Below, in pieces: positions 61,480-64,000 of a stretch of 64,000 nt of DNA. The number at the start of each line of letters is the position of its first letter. The stretch's first letter is position 1. The stretch lies in assembly GCF_964355755.1 (NCBI RefSeq), contig NC_092676.1:24942871-25006870 (forward strand), in the 5' to 3' direction. The notes under the pieces were generated by a model. The model saw only the letters and a program-made list of their open reading frames with translations. It was not told the DNA's origin and searched no databases. Source of the stretch: Antedon mediterranea (lineage: Eukaryota > Animalia > Echinodermata). The position numbers and the translations under genes are program-made.

Positions 61480-64000
61480 ATGTCTGGGTTTGGAAGATCA
61501 ATACAATGTCTGGCTTTAGGAAGATGAATAAGTCTAAGTTTATGAGGAATAAGTCTGGCTTAAATCTGAATCTGATCTGAAGAAGAGAAATACGTATGAG
61601 TTGAGGAAGATGAATAAGTCGGAGTTAAAAAGGAATAATTTTGAGCTTAAGAAGAGTAATACGTATGAGTTGAGGAAGATGAATAAGTCGGAGTTTAAAA
61701 TGAATAAGTCTGGGTTTATGAGGAATAAGTCGGAGTTTAGGAAGAGTAACACGTTGAGTTGAGGAAGATGAATAAGTCTGAGTTTATGAGGAATAAGTCT
61801 GGGTTAAATCTTAATCGGATCTGAAGAAGAGTACTACGTAAGAGTTGAGGAAGACGAATAAGTCGGAGGTAAAAAGAAAAAGGTCTGGGTTTAAGAAGAG
61901 TAATATGTATGAGTTGAGGAAGATGAATAAGTCGGAGTAAAAAGGGAATAAGGCTGGGTTTAAGAAGAGCAATACGTATGAGCTGGGGAAGATGAATAAG
62001 TCGGGGATAAAAAGGAATAAGCCTAGGTTTAAAAAGAGTAATCAGGCCCGTAGCCAGGGGTTTTTTTGGGGTTCGGGCGAACCCCCCCTTTTCCCAGCGA
62101 ACCCCCCTTGAAAAACAAAGGCCCCACTTCCAAAATCGTGCAATTAATTATCAATTATAGCAGATTTTTTGGTCATTTTACTTCTATTGACTATGTTTAA
62201 ATCGATTGGATATACAGATTGTCCGATGTCAAAGTCACTGCTGAGCGTGAGATCGAGAGATTGTTGAGAGATGATGGTTATAAATATGACAGAAAAATGG
62301 ACTGACCAATCGCGTGCTTCGGCCGGGCTTTTCGGAACGCACAAGATCACGTTCAGTTCAGTTCAATCTTTTTGGGGATTTTTATTTTTTTTTCCTGGAA
62401 ATATTTTTCATTAAACCAAAGAATTTCACTGTGTAAACTTGAATAAAAATGGTGCTGAGTTAAATTGGTACGTGTACGTAGGCCTACCGTATATTTCGGT
62501 GTATAAAACGCACTTTTGACACGCAAATTTGACCTCTAATTAATTTAATTACCTACTAATACTTAAATTAATTAAAAATAGTGTACTACTCTGCAATGTA
62601 GGCCTAGCTAGTTACTCACTCCTGTCTAACCACAGTGTGGTAACAAGTTTATTGAATTTTTAGTTAAGGTAAATTGTCATCCTCGACTGTATTAATTAAT
62701 ATTACAGTACGCATTAGATATTCTACCCAGGCCTAGTAATACTCTCTGAACTCGCGCGGGTGTGTATTCTAGCAGCATGCAGCATCACAGCGCAACACAT
62801 TTATGGAAGAGTCCATTAATTACAGTGGTGTCACATTTTAATTACACAATAACTATTTTCCTTGATCACGGTGGTTTATTTTTATTACATCTCTATGTCA
62901 ACAATCACATAATGTTATAATCATGTAGGCAATAATAGTTCGTATGTCAAGCGATATCTAAAAGAGTGTGTTGTTATTGTGTTAAGTAGCTTCCCCTAAT
63001 CTCATAGTGTATATGGCCAACAGTGCTGGCCACCAGGCAAGGAGCACATGGTTAGTGCTCTCCTCTCCTCGTATTGCTGTAATGCATGCATGGAAATAGG
63101 AAAGATTTTCATATAGGCCTACCCAACATGATATTCCTGGTTCATTATCAGCCCAAAAAACTGAACATCATTTGGATTGATTTTATAATGGTAATACACA
63201 CAATAAGAAGGTATATATTTAAATAATATGAAATTAAAGTTACTTAAATAGACATAGGCTAGCCCTACCCACACAGTGCATCGTAACTGAAACAATATGG
63301 GGATTTCCCTTTTCATTGAACGTTCAGTTGAAGTAGAGACTGATTACGATGTAATAAAGGCAATCAAACAAAATTATATCATTTGATTCTAATAAATATG
63401 TCTCAAATATCGTTGTTTTATTATTAAAATACCATTGTTTTGATTGTAAAATGTTTAAATTTTTATGCATCGACTACATAAAAAATACTAATATTTCAGT
63501 CTCCGTTATGGGAGCGTCTTATACACAGGTGCGACTTGTACACCGAAATATACGGTACTATTTGTTTTTTATGTTTATAGGATAAGAAATTATTTAAGGG
63601 CCTAATATAATATACTTTTTTGCAACAATAAAGCTGTATTTCATGATCAGTACTACTAACTTCCATAATACTGTACTATATAATTTCTCTGCATAACTCA
63701 GATTTTAGTAGGTAAAAAATGTCTCTGTAAGCTTATTAAAACAACCGAAATTGCTCTGAGAGCCAAAGCTTCCAGGGGCCTTCGCCCCCTGGACCCCGAC
63801 CGGGGGACCTTGGCGGCCCCCTGGCCCCCAGCCTACAGTTGCTCGCTGCGCTCGCAAAATACTTGGTGTCAAGAAAACCCCCCTCTGATGCATTCTGGCT
63901 ACGGGCCTGGTAATACGTATGAATTGAAAAAGATGAATAAGTCTGAGTTAAAAGGGAATAAGTCTGAGTATAGGAAGAGTACTACGTATGAGTTAAGAAA
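61480..64000 (+). repeat. Purine-rich compound minisatellite (GAATAAGTC / AAGAAGAGTAATACGTATGAGTTGAGG units, ~69-bp higher-order), split by the hAT-like element
   Basis: Array at 61480-62042 resumes at 63910 and runs to the window end. Confidence 0.85.
62043..63909. mobile_element. Non-autonomous hAT-like DNA transposon with 5-bp TSD, 1867 bp
   Basis: Perfect 15-bp TIR CAGGCCCGTAGCCAG / CTGGCTACGGGCCTG; TSD GTAAT (62038-62042, 63910-63914); GC-rich subterminal CTTCGCCCCCTGGACCCC; no transposase ORF. Confidence 0.88.

Noticed and set aside
1-64000. Self-cleaving ribozymes or rRNA/snRNA genes
   Set aside because: No complete hammerhead core (CTGANGA...GAAA with stems) or recognisable structural RNA was seen; a covariance-model scan would be needed to exclude them.

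Overview
AT-rich animal genomic DNA with introns, probably a marine invertebrate (echinoderm-like; this is inference). I reconstructed three spliced minus-strand genes by hand from GT-AG sites and frame continuity. (1) A partial SLC22 organic cation/carnitine-type transporter: exons 1-7, 5842->565, running off the window. (2) A complete 10-exon SLC22 paralogue: 13188->6434, 551 aa. (3) A complete relaxin-receptor-type LGR with 16 coding exons: signal peptide, one LDLa, linker, LRRNT, 10 LRR, 7TM; 36037->15072, 795 aa. The last ~28 kb has no recognisable coding exon. Introns and intergenic DNA are dense with non-autonomous elements: several PIF/Harbinger-type MITE families (TAA/TTA TSD; one carries CCAAT boxes, one carries CArG boxes plus a CRE), a Helentron-type HINE, an 843-bp Merlin-like foldback, a 1.87-kb hAT-like element with a 5-bp TSD, a 40-bp micro-element with a 7-bp TSD, SINE/LINE remnants and minisatellites. 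The most unusual signals are a strong excess of TAGGCCTA (one case looks like a GGCCTA insertion at a TA), clustering of CArG/CRE-bearing MITEs and CREs 5' of the receptor, a Cys at the SLC22 TM11 charge-selectivity site, and an antisense LDLa-like relic in a receptor intron. All coordinates and counts were read by eye; no database searches were run.
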